A stretch of 64,000 bases of DNA, from positions 538,297 to 602,296 of the forward strand of contig CACYHH010000001.1 in the NCBI GenBank assembly GCA_902774115.1. Direction: 5' to 3'. The translations under genes and the position numbers were made by a program. This DNA is from an uncultured Spirochaetales bacterium (GTDB taxonomy: Bacteria; UBP6; UBA1177). The notes beneath the pieces are model-generated. The model saw only the letters and a program-made list of their open reading frames with translations. It was not told where the DNA came from and did not search any database. Every line of letters starts with the position of its first letter. The first letter of the stretch is position 1. Of this stretch, positions 37,751 to 46,439 are shown in pieces.

Positions 37751-38461
37751 TTAAATAAAATGTGCGGCGCAGGCGTGAGCCGCGGCTTCGGTCCTGATGA
37801 TCCTGTTTCCGAGTGAAACGGGCTGGAAACCCGCTTTTATGAATTGGTTCGCTTCGTATTTGGTGAAGCCTCTTTCTGGACCGATTGCAATAATATTGGA
37901 TTTACCCTTCTCTATTTCGCCGATTTTAAGGAAATCTCCTGGCAAAGCGATGTAACAGTTTGATTTTGCTGAATATTCAGGTAAAACATCGTTTGAATAC
38001 GGGCCAAAACGCTTAACCAGACTTATTTTCGGCGGGATTGTGTCCATACTCTGTTCAAGTCCTTTTGCAACAGCTTCAGCAAGTCCTGATTCTGTAAACA
38101 ATTCGTTTTCCCAATAGCCTTTGTCTCCGAAATATGTCTGGATAATTTCTATCCCTTCAACTCCGTAGGAAACAAGGTCTGAAATGAGGCGTGAAAGAAC
38201 CTTCGGCCGGGCAAGCGCAACGATGACAAAAAGCGGGATTTTGGGAAGCGGATCTTCATTTAATTCAAAAGAAAGAACTGCTTTTTCTGTTTCAATTTTT
38301 TCGATTACAGCTTTTCCTTTTTTTCCGTTCAAAATTCCGACTCTCACTTCATTTCCCGGATTCAGCTTCAGAATTTCGTTAAGGTGCCTGACTTTTTCAC
38401 CGAAAATCTCGGCTTTATTTTCAGCAATCAGATCGCTTCGATTGAGTAAAAGCAGATTCAT
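37751..38461 (-). CDS. rsmE: 16S rRNA (uracil1498-N3)-methyltransferase
   Basis: The RsmE-like N-terminal PUA-like domain is followed by a SPOUT C-terminus. 236 aa. Confidence 0.65.
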   Translation of the reverse strand: MNLLLLNRSDLIAENKAEIFGEKVRHLNEILKLNPGNEVRVGILNGKKGKAVIEKIETEKAVLSFELNEDPLPKIPLFVIVALARPKVLSRLISDLVSYGVEGIEIIQTYFGDKGYWENELFTESGLAEAVAKGLEQSMDTIPPKISLVKRFGPYSNDVLPEYSAKSNCYIALPGDFLKIGEIEKGKSNIIAIGPERGFTKYEANQFIKAGFQPVSLGNRIIRTEAAAHACAAHFI

Positions 38462-38481
38462 AGAATTTTTAAAACCGCAAA

Positions 38482-39186
38482 TTATTCGTCTTTCTTTTCC
38501 TGAGCTTCTTTTTCAGCCTTTTCCTTCAAACGCATTTCTTTGTATTCTTCGGCAGTCATCAGAGGATCGGCTGTCTTTATATCGATGAATAGAACGCCGT
38601 TTAAATGATCCGTTTCGTGTTGAAAAATGACAGCTGTAAAACCTTGGATACGTTCGACTTTACGTTCTAATTTATCACCGTTCATGACATCGTATTCGAC
38701 ATCGATATCCTGCCACCTTTCGACCTGTCCGTAACCTGCCGGAATCGAGAGGCAGCCTTCCCAGCCGACGACCTTTTCACCTCTTTTTTCTTTGATCACA
38801 ACGTTGTAATAAAATTCAAAAGGCTTTTCTTCTTTGTCGAATCTCTGAACCATTATCAGACGCCTGTTTATTCCGACTTGCGGAGCCGCTATCCCTACTC
38901 CGGTTCCGATAGCTTCTTTCATATAATTTTCAAGAACATCGTAGCCTTCTGCTCCAAGTTTTGCCGGAATCGAAACTTTTCTCAAAATCTCGTTATCCTT
39001 TTCGACATTATTCTGGAGAAGATGCCTTTCCTCAGGATTATTGATGTAGGCAATCTCTTCTGCGGTCATCGAACCGTCATCGCTTCCCTGCGCAACTGCT
39101 TTTTCCCCTTTTACAGAAGCCGTAGCGCATGCAAGAAACATCAGCGCACAAATTGCGAATACAAAAGAATTTTTCAATAATTTCAT
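38482..39186 (-). CDS. def: Peptide deformylase; the ORF has an N-terminal signal-peptide-like extension and the start is ambiguous
   Basis: The PDF motifs are GIAAPQVG, EGCLSIP and HETDHLNG. The core begins near the internal MTAEEIAY (which would give ~195 aa). The upstream in-frame 39 codons encode a lipobox-like FLACAT. Confidence 0.8.
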   Translation of the reverse strand: MKLLKNSFVFAICALMFLACATASVKGEKAVAQGSDDGSMTAEEIAYINNPEERHLLQNNVEKDNEILRKVSIPAKLGAEGYDVLENYMKEAIGTGVGIAAPQVGINRRLIMVQRFDKEEKPFEFYYNVVIKEKRGEKVVGWEGCLSIPAGYGQVERWQDIDVEYDVMNGDKLERKVERIQGFTAVIFQHETDHLNGVLFIDIKTADPLMTAEEYKEMRLKEKAEKEAQEKKDE

Positions 39187-39196
39187 AATGTTACCT

Positions 39197-41449
39197 CTAT
39201 TTAACAGTTATAAGTTTTCCGTTTTTGAAATCGATTTTTATTTTTCCGCCGTTTTTCGATTTTCCGAAAAGAATTTCGTCAAGAAGAAGATTTTCAAGCT
39301 CTTTATCGACAACTCTCGCCGTTTCTCTTGCGCCAAAATCATTTGAGAAACCGAGTTCAGCCAAGTGTGCGACAGCGGATTCGGTGATTGAAAGTTCAAT
39401 ATTTTTGGAAACGAGCCTTTCTGCAAGGGCTTCAACATTCTTTTTAACGATTTTCTTAACGATTTCAGGCGTCATGCGTGAGAAGTAAACAATGTGGTCA
39501 AGCCTGTTCAGAAATTCAGGCGAAAACGTATTTTTTACAGCTTCTTTGAAAGCGGAAGTGTTTTCAGAATGTGATTCAAAGCCTACCTGTTTTTTTGCGG
39601 CGTCTTTGCTTCCGGCATTGGAAGTCATTATAATTATTACGTTTTTAAAGTTAGCCTTACGCCCAGCATTGTCAGTCAGAGTCGCATAATCCATAATCTG
39701 AAGAAGCGAATTGTAAATGTCTGCATGGGCTTTTTCGATTTCATCAAGAAGAAGAACCGAAGTCGGCTGCTTTCTTATCGCTTCGGTGAGAAGTCCGCCC
39801 TCTTCATATCCGACATATCCGGGAGGCGCGCCGAAAAGTTTGGAAACTGTGTGCTTTTCCTGATATTCGCTCATATCAAAGCGGATAAGCGGCATTTCCA
39901 TTTTGTCTGCGAGCACGCGGGCAAGCTCCGTTTTTCCGACTCCGGTCGAGCCTACGAAAAGGAAAGAAGCGACAGGTTTTTCGGGATTTTTGAATCCTGC
40001 ATAACTCTTTTTTATCGCTCTCACAATTTCGGAAATTGCCTCGTTCTGACCGAAAATCTCAGTTGAAAGAGCCGCCTCTAGCCCTTTGAGCTGCTTCATT
40101 CCGTCAGAATTTACAGCTGTTTCCTTCTTTCCCGTGAGAAATGCGGTGACTTTTTCAATATTTTCCGGCTTTACAACCTTTATTTTCTTAGCCTGCATGT
40201 TGCAGGCTGCTCCCGCCTCATCGATCAGATCTATCGCTTTGTCGGGCAGAAAACGGTCGGTAATGTAAAGCGAAGAAAGTTCCACAGCCGCACGGAGAGC
40301 CTCATCACTGTATTTAACATTGTGAAAAGACTCATATTTTTCAGCCAAGCTCTTTAAAATCAGGAAAGTTTCCTCTTTCGAAGGCTCCGGAACATTTATC
40401 TTCTGAAATCTTCTTGAAAGAGCCGAATCCTTTTCGAAAAACTTCCTGTATTCGGTAGCAGTAGTCGCGCCGATAAATTTTATAGTTCCTTCTTCAAGAA
40501 CCGGTTTCAGGATGTTTGCCGCATCAATCGACGAATTTCCCGCACTCCCCGCCCCGACAAGATTGTGAATTTCATCAATAAAAACAATGATTTTCTCTTC
40601 CCGTTTCAAGGCAGAGACAAGTTTGTTCATCGTCCGCTCCAAATCGCCCATAAAGCGGCATTCGCTGATAAGGCGCGAAATGTTGAGCGAAAGAATGCGG
40701 TAGCCTGAAAGCTGCTTCGGCACTTCATTCCGCGCAATTCTCTGAGCCAGACCTTCGGTTATCGCAGTTTTGCCGACTCCGGGATCACCGATGTGAACAG
40801 GATTGCATTTTTTCCGTCTTAGAAGAATCTGGATTGTCCGCTCGATGATCTCTTCACGACCGATTATCGGATCAAGCGCGCCGGAACGGGCTTTTTCTGT
40901 AAGATCTACCGTAAAAAGTTCAAGCGTGGAAGGCGATTTTTCTGTCTCTTCCGGAGTTTCTTCAACATTTTCAATATCTTCCGGTTTTTCAGTTTCGGAA
41001 AATCCGCCGTGTGCGATCGCGCTCAGAAGATCGTATCTTTTGATGTTGTTCGCCTTGAGCAGACTTGAGGAATACGATTTGTCACCGAGATCGTAAATCG
41101 CGACAATCAGATCGGTCACTTCAACGCGAGTCCGCTGTGAGCCGAAAACATTGTTCGCCGCATCGAGAAGGCACATGTTCAGGTATTCAGACGGAACAAC
41201 TCTACCGTTTTTCGAGCTTTTGGGAACATATTTTTCGAGATATTCCCTGACATTCTGCCTCATTTCCGAGACATCGACGTCAAAATGTTCGAGAAGTCCT
41301 ACTACTTTCCTGTTGAAAAGCAACTGAAACAGAAGATGTTCCGGAGTCACGAACTCGTCTTTGTTGTCGGTTGCATCTTCGATTGCCATGCTGAAAATTT
41401 TAGCCACTTCAAACGAAAACGGCAGCGACATATTATCTTTTTCCGCCAT
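39197..41449 (-). CDS. clpA: ATP-dependent Clp protease ATP-binding subunit ClpA
   Basis: There are two AAA+ modules (GDPGVGKTA and GSTGVGKTE) with a ClpA-type N-domain. 750 aa. Confidence 0.85.
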   Translation of the reverse strand: MAEKDNMSLPFSFEVAKIFSMAIEDATDNKDEFVTPEHLLFQLLFNRKVVGLLEHFDVDVSEMRQNVREYLEKYVPKSSKNGRVVPSEYLNMCLLDAANNVFGSQRTRVEVTDLIVAIYDLGDKSYSSSLLKANNIKRYDLLSAIAHGGFSETEKPEDIENVEETPEETEKSPSTLELFTVDLTEKARSGALDPIIGREEIIERTIQILLRRKKCNPVHIGDPGVGKTAITEGLAQRIARNEVPKQLSGYRILSLNISRLISECRFMGDLERTMNKLVSALKREEKIIVFIDEIHNLVGAGSAGNSSIDAANILKPVLEEGTIKFIGATTATEYRKFFEKDSALSRRFQKINVPEPSKEETFLILKSLAEKYESFHNVKYSDEALRAAVELSSLYITDRFLPDKAIDLIDEAGAACNMQAKKIKVVKPENIEKVTAFLTGKKETAVNSDGMKQLKGLEAALSTEIFGQNEAISEIVRAIKKSYAGFKNPEKPVASFLFVGSTGVGKTELARVLADKMEMPLIRFDMSEYQEKHTVSKLFGAPPGYVGYEEGGLLTEAIRKQPTSVLLLDEIEKAHADIYNSLLQIMDYATLTDNAGRKANFKNVIIIMTSNAGSKDAAKKQVGFESHSENTSAFKEAVKNTFSPEFLNRLDHIVYFSRMTPEIVKKIVKKNVEALAERLVSKNIELSITESAVAHLAELGFSNDFGARETARVVDKELENLLLDEILFGKSKNGGKIKIDFKNGKLITVK

Positions 41450-41451
41450 AG

Positions 41452-41766
41452 TTACTCCTTTTCAACGATACATTTGAGCGGGAAACCTTTCTTTTTCGCC
41501 GCTTCGTCGACCTGCGCAATTTTGGAAACGGCGATGTCGTAGACGTAAATTCCTGCGACTCCGCGTCCCTGTTTATGCACTGCAAGCATGATTTTGCGCG
41601 CTTCAGCTTCACTTTTTCCGAAAATGTCGATCAGAATTTCGACAACAAACTCCATTGTGGTGTAATTGTCGTTGAGCATCACGACTTTGTACATGTCGGG
41701 TTCTTTAAATTTGAAATTTGTTCCAATCGAACGCTTCGGCGTTTTTTTTGTTGAAAAATCAGACAT
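41452..41766 (-). CDS. clpS: ATP-dependent Clp protease adaptor ClpS
   Basis: A 104-aa protein with the ClpS core YKVVMLNDNYTTMEFVVEIL, lying immediately upstream of clpA. Confidence 0.85.
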   Translation of the reverse strand: MSDFSTKKTPKRSIGTNFKFKEPDMYKVVMLNDNYTTMEFVVEILIDIFGKSEAEARKIMLAVHKQGRGVAGIYVYDIAVSKIAQVDEAAKKKGFPLKCIVEKE

Positions 41767-41805
41767 ATCGTCTCCGAACTAATAAAACGATTGAATAAGC
41801 GATGA

Positions 41806-42453
41806 CTATTTTTTCGATGCCGCGCGGCGCTTCATTATTTCTTTGTGGAGCGTCCACAACGTATCCTTAACGGCCTGTCTTGCCGCAATGTTCTTGACAA
41901 AAACGGGAAGAGAGCCGCCCGGATCGTTGTAAATGTAGTAATCGACTTTGATTTTGTCCGGCTCTACCTGTGTAAATTTGTAGAACCCCTTGTTGTCAGC
42001 CACGCGGACAAATTTGTCAGTCACAGGATATTTCGGATCGTCGAAAGGAACCCAGGTTACAGAGACCGAGCCGTCTTTGTTGTCAACTCTGCATGATTTG
42101 ACGTAATAATCGCGGTTGGAAGCCACCGGTACCGAAATCTGGTTATAAGACCAGTCGCACTTGTCGTTCTTTTTAAGAACATCCGAGAATGTTATATATT
42201 TGAATATCTGCGGATGTTTAAGTCTGTCGAACATAATATCGACAGCTTCCTGGATCGTTCCCTGATAAGTGACGACCGCCTTGACTTCTTTGATATCGGA
42301 ACCTTCGTGGTTGCGCTCGTAAAGTTTAAGCCCGTCCTCTTCGCTTACAAATTCCCATTTCGCCTGTTTTTTCTCGTTTTTTTGAGCGGAATCATCCGCA
42401 AAAACAGAGAAAAACTGTAGAAAAACAATGAAAATTATAAGAATTTTTTGCAT
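41806..42453 (-). CDS. Secreted START/SRPBCC-like lipid-binding domain protein
   Basis: A signal peptide is followed by a START-like fold pattern. The call is weak. Confidence 0.4.
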   Translation of the reverse strand: MQKILIIFIVFLQFFSVFADDSAQKNEKKQAKWEFVSEEDGLKLYERNHEGSDIKEVKAVVTYQGTIQEAVDIMFDRLKHPQIFKYITFSDVLKKNDKCDWSYNQISVPVASNRDYYVKSCRVDNKDGSVSVTWVPFDDPKYPVTDKFVRVADNKGFYKFTQVEPDKIKVDYYIYNDPGGSLPVFVKNIAARQAVKDTLWTLHKEIMKRRAASKK

Positions 42454-42470
42454 GAAAAAACCGTCAGTAG

Positions 42471-43892
42471 TTAAAGATATTTGTAAAATGCTTTGTAGGA
42501 AAGATAGGTGTTGTAAAGGTCAGCCTTCGAAGCAACTTCAAACGGGCTGTGCATCGAAAGGATCGGCGTACCGACATCAAGAACCTGCATTCCGTATTCA
42601 GCGATGAACATAGCGATCGTGCCGCCGCCGCCGAGATCGACTCTTCCGAGTTCTGCTGTCTGCCAGCGTGCGTCGTCTTTGTTGAAAGCAGCTCTGCATT
42701 TTGCAACGAATTCAGCGTGTGCTTCGTTGGAGTTTCCTTTGCCGCCTGCACCTGTGAACTTCGTAAGGCAAACGCCCCAGCCTACTTTGCCTGCGTTCAT
42801 CGATTCAAAAGCGCCTGCCCATTCAGGTTCGATACCTGCATTGACGTCAGATGAAAGGAATCTGCTGTTTGCAAGAGAGTTGATGAGTGTATTGTAATCG
42901 CCTTTTCCGTAAAGGTTTATAAGTTTGTTGACAGCTCTTTCAAGAATGTTGGAGTTTGCACCGGCATTGCCTTTCGAGCCGATTTCTTCTTTGTCGAAGA
43001 ACATCGCAAACTTGTTCTCTTTCGTTTTGCCTGCATCGAAAATTGCCTGCAGCGCACTGTAAGCACAGATTCTGTCGTCCTGACCGTGAGCACCAACGAA
43101 ACTTCTGTCGAAGCCGACATCTCTTGCCTTTCCTGCCGGAACAAGCTGAAGCTCGGCGGAAACGAAATCTTCCTCTTTGAAACCGTATTTTTTGTAGAGG
43201 AAATCAAGGATAGCGAGTTTTACGCTGTCTTTGTCATATTTGAAAGAGTAAGGAATCGAACCGATGAGAATGTTCATGTTCTCGCCTTCGATAACCTTTC
43301 TTGCGCCCTTTTCCATCTGCTCCTGAGCAAGGTGCGGAAGAAGATCGTTAATTGTGAAAACAGGATCGTTTTCGTCTTCGCCGACAACAACGTTAACCGT
43401 TTTGCCTGCTTCGGTGATTACAACGCCGTGAAGTGCGAGAGCTCTCGTAACCCACTGATATTTTTTGATTCCGCCGTAGTAGTGCGTTTTGAAGTAAGCC
43501 ATATCCTCTTTCTCGTAAAGCGGATAGCCTTTGAGGTCGAGTCTCGGCGTGTCGATGTGTGAACCGACCATGAGCCAGCCTTTGTCGAAATCGGTGTGAT
43601 TGATTTCAGCGAGAACACATGCAACGTTGTCGAAGTTAATGAAAATCTTCTTGTCGTTCTTTGTTGCGTTTTCGATGTTTTTGTAGCCTTTCGCCTTTGC
43701 AAGTTCGAAAATCGTGCTGACAGCTTCACGCTCGGTCTTGGCATCCGTGAGGAATTTTTTGTAACCTTCAGCGAAGTTCATAATTTCTTTCATTTTAGCT
43801 TCGTTGATGCCGTCCCAGCCTGATTTTTTGGAATACGTCAAGGTCTTCGGATCAAATTTCTCGGCTTTCTTTGCCGCCTTCTTTTCAGCCAT
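42471..43892 (-). CDS. M18-family aminopeptidase
   Basis: The GSHIDTPRLDLK block resembles the M18 HTDSP region. Size and the Glu/Asp metal ligands fit. The start is taken at the internal MAEKK. Confidence 0.6.
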   Translation of the reverse strand: MAEKKAAKKAEKFDPKTLTYSKKSGWDGINEAKMKEIMNFAEGYKKFLTDAKTEREAVSTIFELAKAKGYKNIENATKNDKKIFINFDNVACVLAEINHTDFDKGWLMVGSHIDTPRLDLKGYPLYEKEDMAYFKTHYYGGIKKYQWVTRALALHGVVITEAGKTVNVVVGEDENDPVFTINDLLPHLAQEQMEKGARKVIEGENMNILIGSIPYSFKYDKDSVKLAILDFLYKKYGFKEEDFVSAELQLVPAGKARDVGFDRSFVGAHGQDDRICAYSALQAIFDAGKTKENKFAMFFDKEEIGSKGNAGANSNILERAVNKLINLYGKGDYNTLINSLANSRFLSSDVNAGIEPEWAGAFESMNAGKVGWGVCLTKFTGAGGKGNSNEAHAEFVAKCRAAFNKDDARWQTAELGRVDLGGGGTIAMFIAEYGMQVLDVGTPILSMHSPFEVASKADLYNTYLSYKAFYKYL

Positions 43893-43984
43893 TTCACACT
43901 CCATAAAAAACAATTAGTAAAGAAACAAACGCGTTATTATAATTAAATAAAAAAAATAACCAATTTTTTTGGAAATCAGTCCTG

Positions 43985-45064
43985 TTATCTTACACAGCGG
44001 ACATATTCCTCATAAAGTTTAACACCGGAGCTCAGGTCTCCGAAGCGGAAATCGACGTCCCATGCAAGGTTCGTATCGTAGGCAGGCGTAGATGAAGTCC
44101 AGAAATAGCCGTTCGAGGACTCATCCGGGAAATAGGTGAAAGGAAGTTCCGTTCTTTCATAGTTTATCAGCGACGCCAGCTCGTTTTTATTAGGCAGACG
44201 CCAGTCGGAATATCCTGCATAAGGCGGCTCCTGCGTGTTCAGACTCTGGCAGTAAGCCAAAGCCTGCTTCCATGTTTTGCCTGTCACATGCTCTTTCTGC
44301 CACATGAGACCGGTTCTATTGTCAGTGACTGTTTTACCGTCAGAAGATATCGTAAAATCGTCTGATGCCGCGGGAAGAAGCTCATTTCCGGAAACACAGA
44401 GGACTTTGTAGGTCTCGGGTCTTCCTCCTCCGTTTTTTGTATGGATATTCCTGTTATCACCGTAAGCCGGTTTAAATCCGAAAACCATGTCGTCCTCAAA
44501 GGCTTTGCATTCGCTGTTTGTCCACAGATACAGATGTATGCTTTCCGATGAAGGCATTCCGGTAAAATTCGAATTTGTCGCAGGTTCGTATTTATTACTG
44601 ATGTCCACGATCGTAATAAATTCCAGAGGATTAGGAAGACGCCATGTGCTGATCCCGCCGAAATTAGAGGCATTGAGCTTGTTGCAGTGCGTTGCACGGT
44701 CTTCCCATGTGTAATTTTCGGTTGAAGCTGATCTCTCCCAGGTGAGACCGGTGTTGTTGTCCACAACCACTTTCGATGTGGCTTTGAAACTCTGAGCCGT
44801 ACATTTGTCGAGATACTGCGCGTCCTGACCATAAAAATCGTCACTCGCTGAATCCGGACAAGGGATCTCGTTATCCTGTTTTACCATATTTGAGTCATAA
44901 CTGTAGCAGCCTCTCTGACCGGTGCAGATGTTGCCGAGAGTGAGATGAGGCATATCGACTGAACCGGGTTTATTGGTGTTCCCGTCATTGTTTGAACTTC
45001 CGCCGCCGCACGAAATTATGAAAAATATCGCTAACAGCGCAAAAACAATAAAGAATTTCTTCAT
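43985..45064 (-). CDS. Lipoprotein with two DUF1566 (Lcl C-terminal-like) domains
   Basis: The lipobox is IISCGG. The repeated blocks are ISTWRLPNPLEFITIV and YSDWRLPNKNELASLINYE. Confidence 0.65.
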   Translation of the reverse strand: MKKFFIVFALLAIFFIISCGGGSSNNDGNTNKPGSVDMPHLTLGNICTGQRGCYSYDSNMVKQDNEIPCPDSASDDFYGQDAQYLDKCTAQSFKATSKVVVDNNTGLTWERSASTENYTWEDRATHCNKLNASNFGGISTWRLPNPLEFITIVDISNKYEPATNSNFTGMPSSESIHLYLWTNSECKAFEDDMVFGFKPAYGDNRNIHTKNGGGRPETYKVLCVSGNELLPAASDDFTISSDGKTVTDNRTGLMWQKEHVTGKTWKQALAYCQSLNTQEPPYAGYSDWRLPNKNELASLINYERTELPFTYFPDESSNGYFWTSSTPAYDTNLAWDVDFRFGDLSSGVKLYEEYVRCVR

Positions 45065-45136
45065 TTTGCACCTCATGAAAACAAAAGCGCAATGATTTTA
45101 ATGTTTAAAGAAGAAAATGCAAGAAAGGAAAATGAA

Positions 45137-46363
45137 TTATTTGAACGATTTCAGAACGTTGATTACGTAGTCGATATCAGCTGCGGTGTGGTCTGCGTTG
45201 ATCTGGAAACGGATCTCTTCGTCGCCCTTCGGAACTACCGGATAGTTCATTGCCGTTGCTAGAACGCCGTTCTTCGTGAGCCATGCAACGATGTCTGCCG
45301 TCTTTTTGGTGTCTCTGACCATGAGCGGAGTTACGGGGTGCGGGCCTGCGATGGTCTCGAAGCCGTTGTCAACGAGTCCTTTCTCGAATCTTGCTGTGAT
45401 CTCGGCAAGGTGAGCAAGGCGTTTGATGCCCTCTTCGCTTTCAAGGATGTCGAGAACTTTGAGAACCGCGTAAGCCTCGCCAACCGTGATCGGGTTCGAG
45501 TAGATGTACATCGGAGCGGTCTGTCTCAAGAATTCGGTTACTGCTTTGGATGCGACAACGTATCCGCCGTTTACGCCGTATGATTTTCCGAGCGTACCGA
45601 TAAGGATGTCGACTTTCGCGCCGGTAACTTCCTCTGTTCCTCTTCCGGTCTTGCCGTAAGCGCCTACACCGTGGGAATCGTCAGCTACGGTCGTTACGCC
45701 TTCTTCGAATTTGTCGTTGTATTTCCTGCAGATCGCCGTGAATTTGTCGAACGGGCAGAAGTCGCCTCTCATCGAGAAAACGCCGTCTGTTACGACGATG
45801 CATCTTTTGCCTTTGCCTACAGCTTCCTGAAGTTTTGCTTCAAGGTCTTCCATGCTGTTGTGTTTGTATATAAGTTTGAGTGCCGGGCGGGAAAGTTTCA
45901 TCGCGTTGATGATGCAGTTGTGGTTGAGCTCGTCGCTGATGATGACCGTTTCATTGGTGATAAGCGGGAAAATAACACCCATCGAAGTGACGTAAGCGCT
46001 CGAAAAAATCATCGCCGATTCTCTGCCGTGGAACTTTGCAAGCCTTTTTTCAAGGTCGACGTGAGCCTTGTGGGTTCCCGAAATGAAGCGGACAGCACCG
46101 GGGCCGACACCGAAAGCCTTCGTTCCTTCTTCCTCAGCTTCGATAACTTCCTTTCTCATCGAAAGACCGAGGTAACTGTTTGAATTCATTTTGATAAACT
46201 TCTGCTCGTAACCTTCAACGACATAACGCGGACCGTTTGCGCCTTCGGGCGGGAGAATTTTGGTGATGACCATTTCGTCGCCTTTAGCCGTTCCCTTTGC
46301 TTTAAGCTCGTTTACATGATTGTTAAGAGCATTTTCAAGTCTTGTAGTCATAATAGCCTCCAA
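45137..46363 (-). CDS. kbl: Glycine C-acetyltransferase / 8-amino-7-oxononanoate synthase family (PLP-dependent)
   Basis: The sequence is close to Kbl. The PLP lysine lies in ILIGTLGKSYG. The VADDSHGVG and SSAYVTSMG blocks are also present. Confidence 0.7.
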   Translation of the reverse strand: MEAIMTTRLENALNNHVNELKAKGTAKGDEMVITKILPPEGANGPRYVVEGYEQKFIKMNSNSYLGLSMRKEVIEAEEEGTKAFGVGPGAVRFISGTHKAHVDLEKRLAKFHGRESAMIFSSAYVTSMGVIFPLITNETVIISDELNHNCIINAMKLSRPALKLIYKHNSMEDLEAKLQEAVGKGKRCIVVTDGVFSMRGDFCPFDKFTAICRKYNDKFEEGVTTVADDSHGVGAYGKTGRGTEEVTGAKVDILIGTLGKSYGVNGGYVVASKAVTEFLRQTAPMYIYSNPITVGEAYAVLKVLDILESEEGIKRLAHLAEITARFEKGLVDNGFETIAGPHPVTPLMVRDTKKTADIVAWLTKNGVLATAMNYPVVPKGDEEIRFQINADHTAADIDYVINVLKSFK

Positions 46364-46439
46364 AAATTTATAAAAAACAAAAAATGACGCGAGAGTATAG
46401 TCTCTTGCTTTTGTTTGTGAAGATTTATCTTTGAAAAAT

